Shown one piece after another: positions 24,825 through 34,377 of a DNA stretch of 64,000 nt. The stretch is taken from the sequence record NC_031120.1. One strand, given 5' to 3'. The position numbers and the translations under genes are program-made. Numbering within the stretch: the stretch's first letter is position 1; every line of letters starts with the position of its first letter. The notes beneath the pieces are model-generated. The model was not told the DNA's origin. It did not search any database and saw only the letters and a list, made by a program, of their open reading frames with translations.

Positions 24825-26450
24825 ATGAAAATAGACAAAGTAAAAGACAACGTCACCATCATGCATAAAGGCGAGACTATCGCTTTCATGAACGTGCCGA
24901 GCATCCGTAAGTCACCGGGGCCGGATTTACGTGATCATGCTGGAAAAGTTGTCACTCGCGACGAACTCTTGTTTAGTGAACTGAATCGATACTGGGCGAC
25001 GTTGAAAGCGGCCGACCAGGATGAACTCTTCGAAGCCTATTCGCTGCTGGATGAAATTGCCAGCGAGTCGATGGAAGTCATGCGTGAGCATGTGCCAAAG
25101 GTGGTGGCGGTGATTGCCAAGCATCACCCGGAAGAAGTGTATAAAAAGCTGTACCCGATTAACAACGTATTCATTCCCGAGAAGCTGCACTACTCGTTCA
25201 ATGACATGTCGCCGAACTATACGCAGTCGATGACGTATATCGTGCCGGACTATTATCAGCTACTGATCTTGACCTTGCAGGTGAAACCGTTCATTCCGGT
25301 GTTTGCGGTACTGGGTGCGTATACTGCCGGTAAAGGGCTATCGCAGGAAACCAAACGTCAGGTGGTGTACAACATTAACCTGGCCTTTGAGATGATTTGC
25401 GAAACCCCGTTGGTCAACTCTCCCGCCATTACCAAACTGAGCAGCTTCTTAGCCAGTCTGGTGGAGAAGTTCCAGAAAGAGCTGAGCAACCGCAGCAACG
25501 GAACTAGCCTTAACGTGCTGGCCTCGGTATGTGGCTACGGTTCGGACATGATGGACGAATACCTGCTGGCCTTAACGGTAGTGCGTTTACTGGCGATACG
25601 TCCGGGCTACGCCGATTATCCTGATGGGCGGATGGAAGACAACTCGATTGTCTCCAGCATCTATTTCGGTATCCGTACCGAAGTGGAGAACGGGTTTGCG
25701 AACCGTATCTCGGGTCAGAGCGTCATCATGAAGCAGCACCCAACCGCGGTGGTGTTCAATGGGGAAAAGGGCAAGGTCAGTGCTATAGACCTGGTCTCGG
25801 CGCGTAGCGTTGCGCCAATGAAGGAACCGATTCGTGCCGGGGTGATGTTCGTGGATTATCGCCGCTACATCAAATCGACCGATCTGGATATCCCGCCTGC
25901 CCTGGTGAAAACCCTGATTGACTCGATGCAGGCGCACCATACCGGTGTCACCTACGAGTTGCATGAATGGTTAGTGGCGGCAGTGTGTCATCGTCGTACC
26001 GATCACCGTTCGTACAAAGATATCGACCCGGACAAGTTCATCTATGCGATGGCGATTGCCCAGGCGGTGTATTTGAACTACGGCATGTTCGAACTGGCGC
26101 AGCTGTTGAGCTGTGAGATGTTACCGGGTAACGTCAGCGGGTATCCGTTTGACCCGGTGGACAGTGAACTGAAAATATCTGTAGATAGATATTATCCTCA
26201 GGCATACCGTCCACAACGTAATCAAGAACAACAGTCCGTTGTGCGTACGTCGCTGGACATTCTGGTGCGTAATCACATCAGTCCGTTCAACTTCCATCTG
26301 AAGTGTTCAGATGAAGCAGCTGCGTTGCTGCACTGTAAGACCGATGTCCCGCATCACCGTCCGGGTAGCAATATCCTGACACAAATCACTGAGATCCTCG
26401 GAATTCAGGCCCGTGGCAAACTCAAAGAAGTATCATGGTTTAACCAATAA
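24825..26450 (+). CDS. non-virion RNAP specificity (sigma-like) subunit (phiKZ gp68-like)
   Basis: 541 aa; assignment from synteny and size. Confidence 0.7.
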   Translation: MKIDKVKDNVTIMHKGETIAFMNVPSIRKSPGPDLRDHAGKVVTRDELLFSELNRYWATLKAADQDELFEAYSLLDEIASESMEVMREHVPKVVAVIAKHHPEEVYKKLYPINNVFIPEKLHYSFNDMSPNYTQSMTYIVPDYYQLLILTLQVKPFIPVFAVLGAYTAGKGLSQETKRQVVYNINLAFEMICETPLVNSPAITKLSSFLASLVEKFQKELSNRSNGTSLNVLASVCGYGSDMMDEYLLALTVVRLLAIRPGYADYPDGRMEDNSIVSSIYFGIRTEVENGFANRISGQSVIMKQHPTAVVFNGEKGKVSAIDLVSARSVAPMKEPIRAGVMFVDYRRYIKSTDLDIPPALVKTLIDSMQAHHTGVTYELHEWLVAAVCHRRTDHRSYKDIDPDKFIYAMAIAQAVYLNYGMFELAQLLSCEMLPGNVSGYPFDPVDSELKISVDRYYPQAYRPQRNQEQQSVVRTSLDILVRNHISPFNFHLKCSDEAAALLHCKTDVPHHRPGSNILTQITEILGIQARGKLKEVSWFNQ

Positions 26451-26462
26451 GGAGTATCAAGA

Positions 26463-28172
26463 ATGAATGGCATGCTTTTAAAGTCACTGCAAATCTATCC
26501 AGTTTACGAAGTACCTGAGCAGGTGCGTCGTCGTATTGCTATCTCCGGCACCACGGGAGCACTGGATAGCTTGAGCGATATCGTGGCCCAGAATGGTCAC
26601 GCCGCTTCAGGCACCACCCAGTATCAGAACGCCTTAGCCGACATCGTCGGCTTTGATGCAACCCCACAAGGGTTCGAGCGTCCTATCGTTAACATCTCTG
26701 GTGATGACACCAGTGTAACCCAGTTCGCGTACGAAGCACGCGACACCGGCATCTATAACTTCGTGATGGTGCTGGTAGCGAACCCGATCAATGAATCCCG
26801 TTCGCAGGAAGTGCAGTACGTGGTCACGGGCTACACCTCCCAGGGTGAGCAATCGTTAATCAGTGGCTTGCTGCCAGATGACCTGGTGTTGTACATCAAC
26901 GACATCTTCGGCATGCAGACCACTTATCGCCGCAATGCGTTCGGTGAGCGTGTGCTGGATGAGAACAGCTTCCGCATGATTGACAACTACGTGTTGTCGC
27001 GCTCACTGGCCTTCAACGATTATCATGAAGCCAGCATTAACGCCATCAACATTACCAAGTCAGCAGACATGGTGAAGAAGATGAACCTCGGTAAAGGTGA
27101 GAAAATCATCCCAACCGACAACACCCTGTTCGCCCCGGTTGCGTCCACGGCCCCGACCTTACTGGCGGGTAACCTGACACAGCCAACGAACTTCGTGACG
27201 GCTATCTCTAACTCGTATCTGCGCACTATGGGGCGTGATAACGAACTGAGCATGGTGGACAGCTTCTTCGAAGGTACAGGCGGCACCGCCGTTGAGCAGG
27301 AATTGCAGAGTCTCGGTGTGGTGCGTACGTTCACGAACTACGAGCTGGTGAAAGCCTTCCGTAGTGCGCTGAGCACCAATACCGGCAACGCGAAAGAAGG
27401 TTGGAGCATTTCGCAGCGTGCGAACTTCCGTCTACGTGATCTGAAAGTGGCGCTGGTGAACCCGCAAATGGTGGACCAGCAAATCACTGATTCCCTGTTC
27501 TTGGCCGCCCGCCGCGGCATGGGTCAGATTGACAGCACCGACTCCTGGATTGGGCGTAATGGTTATTCCTCCATGGGCAACCTGGTGAGTTATGATCTGT
27601 CCATGCAGCTGGGTGCGATCCTGTCACGTAACCTGGTTGGTCGTGTGAGCTTTATGTTTGACAACCGTCAGGCGGACTTTACCAACATGCCGGTATTGAA
27701 CGTGTATGAAGACTCCGTCGAGGCGATTGCCAATGCGCAGCTGCCACGTCTGTTGGGTCAGCGTCTGCTGTCCGATCTTCATGCCATGTTCGTGAAGGTG
27801 ACCAAGCACAACCATATTCGTTGTGCGGTGCAGGTTATTGCCCTGCTGGGTACGGTAACCCGCGTGGAAATCCTGATGGACGGCGAGAACCAGGCGGAGC
27901 GCTACACCTACGCCAGCTTCATGTCAGCACGTCTGCATAACGGCAACACCACCAGTCTTGAGTACGCTGGTCGTCTGGCGGAAAGTACCTGTGACTTAAT
28001 GAACGCCATTGAAGACGGTTTCGGTACCCACGAGCGGGGTATCGGTAAAGATAACCTCTTCTCCAATATCCCATCCGCGCCGAATCAGAGTGGTAACTCG
28101 ATTCTGGATAGCGGCTCGTCGAACACTATTCTGGGTAGCAACAGCCTCAAGCGCAATAGCCTCCTGGATTAA
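26463..28172 (+). CDS. picA: PicA/Imp1 nuclear import factor (phiKZ gp69-like)
   Basis: 569 aa directly after gp68-like gene; assignment from synteny. Confidence 0.65.
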   Translation: MNGMLLKSLQIYPVYEVPEQVRRRIAISGTTGALDSLSDIVAQNGHAASGTTQYQNALADIVGFDATPQGFERPIVNISGDDTSVTQFAYEARDTGIYNFVMVLVANPINESRSQEVQYVVTGYTSQGEQSLISGLLPDDLVLYINDIFGMQTTYRRNAFGERVLDENSFRMIDNYVLSRSLAFNDYHEASINAINITKSADMVKKMNLGKGEKIIPTDNTLFAPVASTAPTLLAGNLTQPTNFVTAISNSYLRTMGRDNELSMVDSFFEGTGGTAVEQELQSLGVVRTFTNYELVKAFRSALSTNTGNAKEGWSISQRANFRLRDLKVALVNPQMVDQQITDSLFLAARRGMGQIDSTDSWIGRNGYSSMGNLVSYDLSMQLGAILSRNLVGRVSFMFDNRQADFTNMPVLNVYEDSVEAIANAQLPRLLGQRLLSDLHAMFVKVTKHNHIRCAVQVIALLGTVTRVEILMDGENQAERYTYASFMSARLHNGNTTSLEYAGRLAESTCDLMNAIEDGFGTHERGIGKDNLFSNIPSAPNQSGNSILDSGSSNTILGSNSLKRNSLLD

Positions 28173-28181
28173 GGATAAACA

Positions 28182-29549
28182 ATGCACATCATTAGCTTCT
28201 ATCAGTCCGCGTTGGAGTCACTGGGCTTCAACCGTGACGGTGACCTGCTCGTTCATGCGGACGATGCTACCCCTGCGTACTTTACGTACAACAAAGAGAA
28301 GCGCCGTTTGGCGCTTCCTACCAATGCCATGATTAAGAACGGCATGGAAGATCCGAACGGGCGTGAGTGTCATGCCTTCCACCCACTGTGCGAATCGGTA
28401 CTGGCTGGGGAGTCGGGTACCATCCGCTTCATGAAGAAAGCGATCCGTAATGCGGTATGGATGCGCACCATGGATCTGATTGACGTCATCATGGACATCA
28501 ACGCCACCAATAAATCGGTACGTGCGGCACCGTACAAGAAGTTCATGACGGACATCATCTGCGAAGGCATTAAAGAGCCAAAGCTCGATGAGAAGCTGAA
28601 GGCCAGCTGGGTCGCTTTAAGTAACCACCTGATTGAGACGGTGGAACCAAAGAAGCAAACCCATCTGTTTATCGCCCCGGACATGACCATTGACGGTATC
28701 AAGTTTGTGCGGGTGGCCAACTTCAAGCACCTCTTCGAAGAAGAGAGCCTGGACGATACCGCCACGTACTTCGGCATCAAGATGCATCGTAAGCAGGATA
28801 AAGTGATTATCCACCGCCTGCTGATGACCATCCTGGGCTGGTACCCGGACGTATGTGGTTCCAATGACAACCGTCCGTACTTCGGTTGCCTGGCGCGTGG
28901 TTGGGCGCAGTATGTCGTGAACTATAACCAGATCGTAAAAGGTCTGCGGGATCACAGCGCACTGCGTCCGCTGAGTGATGAATGGATTGGTCAACTGGAT
29001 TCGATGTCGCAGTACGACAATGTGATTCAGACCCTGCCGTTCAACACCGGCTCCAGCTCCCCTAACCCGGAGAAGGATACCACGCAGCAGCAGTACCGTG
29101 TCACCAGTCAGCAACCGAGCCTGCAAACTGAGCGCACCCGTGCTTCTCAGCTTCAGCAGGAACCGGAACCAGAAGCGGGTTCACTGGAAGGCTTCTTCAA
29201 GAAGAATCTGGGGAACACCGATCGCTCTGGCAAGCTGAACATCGATGCCCTACCATTGGTGCAACAGCGTGCACTGCGTGAAACCGGTCAGCTGATTGCC
29301 CGTAACGAAGGCCCGAGCGTCACCGAGATTTCTCTGGTGAGCGTACACGGCGGCCGTAAGGCAGCTGCAACCCTGGGTACCTTGTCCAACAATAACAACT
29401 CCGGCAACTCGATTCTGGGTGGCGGGAGCGGACAACGCCTCGGCGGTTTAGGTGGCCTGGGTGGTAGTTCATTACTGGACAATGGCCCTTCTCTCGGCCC
29501 GTTGAATAACAACGGTGCCCGTGGGAACGGTGATTCGTTCAAGTGGTAA
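28182..29549 (+). CDS. conserved nucleus-cluster protein (phiKZ gp70-like) with low-complexity C-terminus
   Basis: 455 aa; FHPLCE motif; Q/G/N/S-rich tail. Confidence 0.7.
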   Translation: MHIISFYQSALESLGFNRDGDLLVHADDATPAYFTYNKEKRRLALPTNAMIKNGMEDPNGRECHAFHPLCESVLAGESGTIRFMKKAIRNAVWMRTMDLIDVIMDINATNKSVRAAPYKKFMTDIICEGIKEPKLDEKLKASWVALSNHLIETVEPKKQTHLFIAPDMTIDGIKFVRVANFKHLFEEESLDDTATYFGIKMHRKQDKVIIHRLLMTILGWYPDVCGSNDNRPYFGCLARGWAQYVVNYNQIVKGLRDHSALRPLSDEWIGQLDSMSQYDNVIQTLPFNTGSSSPNPEKDTTQQQYRVTSQQPSLQTERTRASQLQQEPEPEAGSLEGFFKKNLGNTDRSGKLNIDALPLVQQRALRETGQLIARNEGPSVTEISLVSVHGGRKAAATLGTLSNNNNSGNSILGGGSGQRLGGLGGLGGSSLLDNGPSLGPLNNNGARGNGDSFKW

Positions 29550-29562
29550 AAAAATAAAGAAG

Positions 29563-29591
29563 AAGAAGGGACCGAAGTCCCTTCTTTTTTT
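29563..29591. terminator. bidirectional terminator
   Basis: AAGAAGGGAC-CGAA-GTCCCTTCTT with A and T runs. Confidence 0.85.
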
Positions 29592-29913
29592 AACTGACAA
29601 TGGTATCCAGCACTTCGGACACCGCTGCCGAGGTTGGCACTACCAGCGTCTGGAAGTCTTCGGTGTTGAATTGCATAGGCTCATCGATCCCGTTCAGTAG
29701 CATGATCGGATAGATCTGATTATCCTGCCACCCGACTAATTTACAGTAGGCATAAAAGTTATGTATTTCTGGCCAGGCATAACGCGGTTCAACAGCGACT
29801 GTCCTGGTATCCTTGTGATTACGCAGATACTCTGTGTGATCTCGTAATACGCGTCGTTTTGCACTGTCGAGCGAGGGTACTACTTCATTCAAGGTAATAA
29901 ACTTTTCGAGCAT
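29590..29913 (-). CDS. small virion protein, LysM/baseplate-wedge-like
   Basis: 107 aa; I-x-x-L-N-G-I-x-x-P pattern resembles T4 gp53/tail-X LysM-like domains by eye. Confidence 0.45.
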   Translation of the reverse strand: MLEKFITLNEVVPSLDSAKRRVLRDHTEYLRNHKDTRTVAVEPRYAWPEIHNFYAYCKLVGWQDNQIYPIMLLNGIDEPMQFNTEDFQTLVVPTSAAVSEVLDTIVS

Positions 29914-29938
29914 GGGGTCTCCTTGAAAAGATTAACGC

Positions 29939-29957
29939 ATATATATTATCTTGGTGG
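29939..29957 (+). promoter_or_regulatory. early-promoter-like motif
   Basis: ATATATATTATCTTGGTGG. Confidence 0.6.
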
Positions 29958-29983
29958 AGTAACCAAGAAGGAGTATTTAATAA

Positions 29984-32197
29984 ATGAGCACACCGGTACA
30001 ACTTGTCGGCTCACACGCAGACCGGGAAACTACATCACCTGAACAATCGGGTGCACGCGCCTCCATGGTGGGTGGACATATGAAATCGGCAGCGCCGATT
30101 GACCATCCAGAACATACGCTGCACTTTACAGGGGCCGATGTAAATTACCATGATATCGTGTTTAACGACATCGTCGAAGATTCAGGTACGGTCTGTGTCT
30201 ATAACGATAATGGCGCACATAAGCGCGCCGTCTTTACGCGCCACTCTCGGGTCGGGCATCCGGCTCCATTAGAACATGCAATCTTTTTCCGCCGTAGCGA
30301 GTCCAGTGCGGCAATGCACCACAAACCTGTGATCGATGTGATTGAGATTAATCATTACACCCATCACGACAACGTCTTCACGTCAGAGAAACGTACCACT
30401 GACAAACTGCGTGCGGTATTGCGCGGTGAAACGTTGATGCTTGACAAAGATGAAATGCTGACCACCATGAACTGCCAGAAAGACGGCGAGTTTGTGGACG
30501 GGGTTAACCTCCCGACGGTTACTATTTCACACCCGGACATCATTGAGGATTCCTACACTATCTCCGAATATGCAGCTGAACGAATGCACGCTTTTGGGAT
30601 AAAGGAAATCGAGCTGGTGCTCCGGGAAGACGAATACCTGTTGGATACCTACGGCAAGGACACCCCAGAAGGGCGTATCCCGGCCTACTTCCCCGATGTG
30701 GGGGAAGCGGTACGTGCCGATGGCTTGGTGATTGCTGCACGACAGTTTGATCCGCTGTATGCCGCTATCAATGCCAGTGCGGGTGAATGTCAACACGCTT
30801 CACCGTGGTACGACCATTGTGAATACGTGGATGCCGATCCCGAGCATTACAATAATCCGCTGCCGACCAACGGTTCCCGGGTAATTGATGTTCAGGTGTG
30901 GCGTGACGAAACCGGTATCCATAACGGGGTCAACAACATCCGTGCAACGGAAGAGAACAAGAGCGTTCTTGACCAGTACGCGTTGGGGTTGAAACAGTAT
31001 TACCGTGACATCGTGCGTTTCTACTTCACCGTGAAAGATGATGTGGTCTGGTCACCGAAAGCCTGTGAGTTCCTGGAGAAAGCCTTCGCCTCCGAAACCC
31101 ATGAGGTCTACAGCGAGTTTCGTCATGAGATTCGTGAAGTGGTGGAAGCTGCCGCGCGTCGTGGTGAATACAAACGTGCTGACCTGGATAGCAAGGTGCT
31201 GAATCGCCTGAGTTCTCCGGTTGAGCGTATGTTACGTGACACCATCAAAACCTACACCATTAAGATTGTGGTGCGGTATCCGATCCCAGTAACCGTCTCC
31301 TCGAAGATCACTGACCGTTCAGGTACCAAAGGGATTGTCGGTGCGGTGCTGCCGGTTGAAGAGATGCCATTGGATGAGTTTGGTCAGCGTGTCCATGTAT
31401 TGCGTTCCATGAACGCCGTACCACGTCGCTCAACTTACTCTGGCCTGTTCCACATCTATTGGTCTGCCGCTTCTGAGCAATTGAAAATGCGCTTGAAGCC
31501 GATGATTGATGCTGGGGAAATTGACGAAGCCTTCAACATTCTGCTGGACTACCTCTCTCGCTATAATCCGGATTGGGCGAATGTGATCATGCAAGATCAC
31601 GAAACCACGGAACGCAAGCGTGACCTCTTTAAAGAGATCTACGACTTCAGCATCCGTATCTGGATTCCGCACGAGAACCCGAAAAGCTCACTCGAGATGG
31701 CGAAAGACTTGGGTGAGTACGCGCCGAAGAAATCGAAGCTGCTGTTGACGAACTATGACGGTGAGAAGGAGTGGACGAAGAACGAGTTTTACGTGGGTTA
31801 TGTGGAAACACTACGCCTCGATAAGACCGGTCGTGAGTTCTCTTCCATCTCGTCCATGTTCACCAACTACCTGGGGATGATTGATGCATCCAATCAGGGA
31901 CGTGGCTCGTATCCGATTAACTACTCTGCGAAGAAGTGGGGTGGGGAATCTGAGCACCGTCTGTGTGACGGCTTTGGGCAGGGGATGTTTGACGAAGTGC
32001 ATAACCGTTCGAACTCGCCAGACGTGCATCGCGTCATGGTCGAAGGGATGTACTTGTCGCCGACGCCAAGTAACCCAGGTTATCTGGTTGACCGCAATAA
32101 ATATCCGCTGGGTGATTCGCAAGTCGATCGCATGATTGACAACATTCACCGTTGTGAAGGGTTCGTGTTAGTTCGTCCGCTGAGGGAGGATAATTGA
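29984..32197 (+). CDS. non-virion RNAP beta subunit, C-terminal part (phiKZ gp71-73-like)
   Basis: KITDRSGTKG (beta GDK..R.G.KG motif) and KWGGESE; uninterrupted. Confidence 0.88.
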   Translation: MSTPVQLVGSHADRETTSPEQSGARASMVGGHMKSAAPIDHPEHTLHFTGADVNYHDIVFNDIVEDSGTVCVYNDNGAHKRAVFTRHSRVGHPAPLEHAIFFRRSESSAAMHHKPVIDVIEINHYTHHDNVFTSEKRTTDKLRAVLRGETLMLDKDEMLTTMNCQKDGEFVDGVNLPTVTISHPDIIEDSYTISEYAAERMHAFGIKEIELVLREDEYLLDTYGKDTPEGRIPAYFPDVGEAVRADGLVIAARQFDPLYAAINASAGECQHASPWYDHCEYVDADPEHYNNPLPTNGSRVIDVQVWRDETGIHNGVNNIRATEENKSVLDQYALGLKQYYRDIVRFYFTVKDDVVWSPKACEFLEKAFASETHEVYSEFRHEIREVVEAAARRGEYKRADLDSKVLNRLSSPVERMLRDTIKTYTIKIVVRYPIPVTVSSKITDRSGTKGIVGAVLPVEEMPLDEFGQRVHVLRSMNAVPRRSTYSGLFHIYWSAASEQLKMRLKPMIDAGEIDEAFNILLDYLSRYNPDWANVIMQDHETTERKRDLFKEIYDFSIRIWIPHENPKSSLEMAKDLGEYAPKKSKLLLTNYDGEKEWTKNEFYVGYVETLRLDKTGREFSSISSMFTNYLGMIDASNQGRGSYPINYSAKKWGGESEHRLCDGFGQGMFDEVHNRSNSPDVHRVMVEGMYLSPTPSNPGYLVDRNKYPLGDSQVDRMIDNIHRCEGFVLVRPLREDN

Positions 32198-34335
32198 TGG
32201 AAGCTCGTGCAGTCCACGTACGTGATTTGCGTAATCTTAATTCAAACCAGGTGTGGAAGTTACGCGGTCGCTATGATGTAACGTTTGATGACGGTGTGGT
32301 CCAACGCATGTCGGGCCGCCACATCAAACTGAGCTGGCCGTACTGGGGGATGTCGCGCTTCTATCCGAAAGTCCCAACACCGTCCACGCTGTGTTATCGG
32401 CGTGGGGGTGAATGGTCGACGGATGATCGCCACCTGGAACTGATGTCCGAAGCTGCGGTCCTGGCGCGTAACGCCGGGATTGATTTGGCTGACACCCGTT
32501 ACATCCTCAGCCAGCACGTTTACGCTGATGCGTTTAACCTGACCGTAAAGAACCTGTTGTCGTATTGCACCACTATCGATATCGATACGCTGTTGCAGAT
32601 CTACGACCACCCGGAATACCAAATCATCCACGAGTGGATGAAGATGTATCCGTCGGGGTACGATGCGGAAGGGAAGGACTTCGTCAACGAAGCGTACAAG
32701 ATTATCCAGAAGATTATCGAATCGACGGAGTTGTTCGGCAACCCGTTGGCCATGTCGGTATTGGATCGCACGCTGAAACTTGATCAGGTACTCCAGGCAT
32801 TCGTGCGTGGGAAAACCTCTGAGATTGATTCGCGTGTGTACACCAATCAGGTGTGGGAAGGATTCTTCACCGGGCTGAACACAGTCATCAGTCGACTGAA
32901 AGAAGCCGGGGCGACGTCTCGTTCGCACCTGTACAACACCGACAAAATCGCCGAAGCAGAATACGGTTCGCGCAAGCTGCAATTAGCAGCCAACGTGCTG
33001 ACCCACTTCACGCTGGACGATTGTGGTACGAACCATGCCCATAGCCATACGTTCCGTGATAACAACGAAGACCGGGCGAAGTACAAAGCCATGGTTGGGA
33101 TGCGTTATCGCTTCGAAGGTGAAACCGGTGCATGGCGCGTATTCGAGAAGGATATCGGTGAGCGTGACGAGGAAGGCAATGAACTGACGCCGAAGTTTGA
33201 TTCGGTCGTGGGTAAACCGTTGCGTTTCCGTACCGCGATGTGCTGCCTCCACATGCGCAAGCAAGGTGTGTGTGCAGTCTGCATGGGTGACTTGGTGTAC
33301 AACCTCTCGGAGAAAACCTCTCCGGGACATTTGGCGTCCACGTCCATTTCAGAGAAAGGTACGCAGGGTATCCTGTCAACCAAGCACTTAGACTTCCTGA
33401 GACACCTGTTCAAACTGGTTATCGCAGGGCGTGTTGGTGCGTACTTTGAAGAGTACAAGAAGGGATCGGAGAAAGGGTTACAACTCAAGCAGAAGCCGGA
33501 GTTCGGAACCTGGGATGAATACGTCATGGTCGTTAACGACAAGATGCATTCTGAAATCAGTCAGGTGGCGTATTATGACAACCTGGATGATATCGACGAG
33601 ACCAGCCTGCCAGATGTGCGTGACGTCACCTTTACCCGCCTGGATAAGGAAGGGGAACCGATCGGGGGTGAATCCATCGATGTCCAAATGGGCGTCTGTG
33701 GTAACTTCTCGAAACAGTTCCTGGCATTCTTCCTCAAGGTGCGGGACAAGGTGCAGTTCATCCGTAAAGGCGAGATTCGTATCCCGCTGGCCGGATGGAA
33801 AACCAAACAGCCGTTCCTGGTTTACACCAACCGTTCGGAATCCATGGCAGAGTTCGTAGCCGGTCTGGAGACCAAGCTACGTTCGATTGCGGCGGACAAG
33901 AACGAAGACCCAGTGGACTTCACCACTGATGCAACTGTGAAGATGAATAAAGACGGGCGTGTGAAAACGCTCACACTGGTGGAGATGGGTGGGTCTACCG
34001 AAGCGCAATGTACTTACGCGCTGTTCGATACCTTCCGCTACATTAAGCGTAAACTGAGCGGCATTCCGATGACGCACATTGCGATTATGTTGGCCATCTC
34101 CCGTGTTGAATCCCCAACCAACCCATTCCCGGCCGCAGGCTTCGATTCTGAAGAGGCGATTGACAGCATGGGTAAACGGTTTATGGACCACAACACGCTG
34201 ATTGCGATTCGTTCCGCCGCCCCGATGTTCTTCTTCCAGGGTCAGCAGGACAATATCAACCAGCCAGGGTTCTATACCGATCGTCGTATTCCGGCGTCGT
34301 TGTATGACGGGTCCTTTAAGACACGGTTGCATTAA
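32197..34335 (+). CDS. non-virion RNAP beta-prime subunit, C-terminal part (phiKZ gp74-like)
   Basis: DDCGT and C-x-x-C zinc ligands (CCLH..GVCAVCMG), bridge-helix-like segment, QGILSTKH; TGATG coupling. Confidence 0.88.
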   Translation: MEARAVHVRDLRNLNSNQVWKLRGRYDVTFDDGVVQRMSGRHIKLSWPYWGMSRFYPKVPTPSTLCYRRGGEWSTDDRHLELMSEAAVLARNAGIDLADTRYILSQHVYADAFNLTVKNLLSYCTTIDIDTLLQIYDHPEYQIIHEWMKMYPSGYDAEGKDFVNEAYKIIQKIIESTELFGNPLAMSVLDRTLKLDQVLQAFVRGKTSEIDSRVYTNQVWEGFFTGLNTVISRLKEAGATSRSHLYNTDKIAEAEYGSRKLQLAANVLTHFTLDDCGTNHAHSHTFRDNNEDRAKYKAMVGMRYRFEGETGAWRVFEKDIGERDEEGNELTPKFDSVVGKPLRFRTAMCCLHMRKQGVCAVCMGDLVYNLSEKTSPGHLASTSISEKGTQGILSTKHLDFLRHLFKLVIAGRVGAYFEEYKKGSEKGLQLKQKPEFGTWDEYVMVVNDKMHSEISQVAYYDNLDDIDETSLPDVRDVTFTRLDKEGEPIGGESIDVQMGVCGNFSKQFLAFFLKVRDKVQFIRKGEIRIPLAGWKTKQPFLVYTNRSESMAEFVAGLETKLRSIAADKNEDPVDFTTDATVKMNKDGRVKTLTLVEMGGSTEAQCTYALFDTFRYIKRKLSGIPMTHIAIMLAISRVESPTNPFPAAGFDSEEAIDSMGKRFMDHNTLIAIRSAAPMFFFQGQQDNINQPGFYTDRRIPASLYDGSFKTRLH

Positions 34336-34338
34336 TAC

Positions 34339-34364
34339 AGAGGGGCATCTGCCCCTCTTTTTTT
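34339..34364 (+). terminator. intrinsic terminator
   Basis: AGAGGGGCA/TGCCCCTCT followed by a T run. Confidence 0.8.
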
Positions 34365-34377
34365 GTAGAGGGGCAAC

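Noticed and set aside
18657-32197. Self-splicing introns, homing endonucleases or inteins in the nvRNAP genes (recalled for phiKZ)
   Set aside because: Both genes are single uninterrupted ORFs here, with no HNH, GIY-YIG, LAGLIDADG or intein motifs visible
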